From the NCBI GenBank assembly GCA_052327205.1, contig CM126234.1:9362001-9426000 (forward strand): a stretch of 64,000 bases of DNA, read 5' to 3'. The number at the start of each line of letters is the position of its first letter. Within the stretch, counting starts at the first letter, position 1. The notes below the pieces were generated by a model, which was not told where the DNA came from, did no database searches, and was given only the letters and a program-made list of their open reading frames with translations. Positions 63,491-64,000 of the stretch are shown piece by piece. The stretch is from Somniosus microcephalus. Its lineage: Eukaryota. Position numbers and translations under genes: made by a program.

Positions 63491-64000
63491 AATGTGTGAA
63501 CCAGTTAATAATCTTGCATCTGCATCCCAACTTGGACATAATCACCATTCCTTCATAGTCACTGGGTCAAAAGCCAGGAACTCTACCTAATGAGCAATAA
63601 ATGCTGGCCTTGCTAGTGACACCCTATCCATGACATTAAAATCCGTTGGGTTTTTAATGACAATCCAACAGCTTAATCACCACTTTTACAAACACCAGCT
63701 TTTCAAATCCCTCCATAAAACTAGTTCAGACAAAACTCTGCTGCCCATATCCTAAACCACACCAAATCCCACTCACCCCTGTACTCACTTGCCTACTGGT
63801 CAAACACCTCCAATTTAAAATTCCAAGTTCCAATCTCTCCATAGCCTCACCCCACTGTTGGTCTGTAACCTCCTCCAGCCCTACAACCCTCAGATCTCTG
63901 CCTCTTTGACCAAGCTTTTAGTCACCCGTTAAATATCTTTGGGTTGGCACCTATTTGTACAATTATGCTTTTCTAGAAGGGTCTTGGAAAGTTTTCTACA

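Overview
Vertebrate genomic DNA, very probably from a shark or other elasmobranch, judged from an HE1-type SINE, SacSINE-like DeuSINEs and CR1/HER1-type LINEs. The + strand carries the last 11 coding exons of the type II collagen gene col2a1 (13096-32815, exon sizes 108/54/108/54/108/54/108/289/188/243/147) and its 3' UTR. Convergent with it on the - strand are the last 5 coding exons of tmem106c (53818-41763), the same tail-to-tail pair as on human chr12. The introns are inflated by repeats: several CR1 LINEs (one near full length with two nested insertions, plus an inverted sister copy), a decayed two-gene PIF/Harbinger transposon, MITEs, many SINEs, three kb-scale tandem arrays and a 500-N gap. 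I found no convincing new protein-coding system, and the long ORFs in the track come from repeats. The best second-look items are a chimeric SINE with a 5S rRNA head and Rex1-like tail, a solo LTR with a CTCF-like motif, the inverted CR1 pair around nine collagen exons, hammerhead-like Penelope remnants, a teleost-like RTEX-type LINE end, and conserved col2a1 3' UTR blocks. Family names and orthologue comparisons come from recall, not from database searches.
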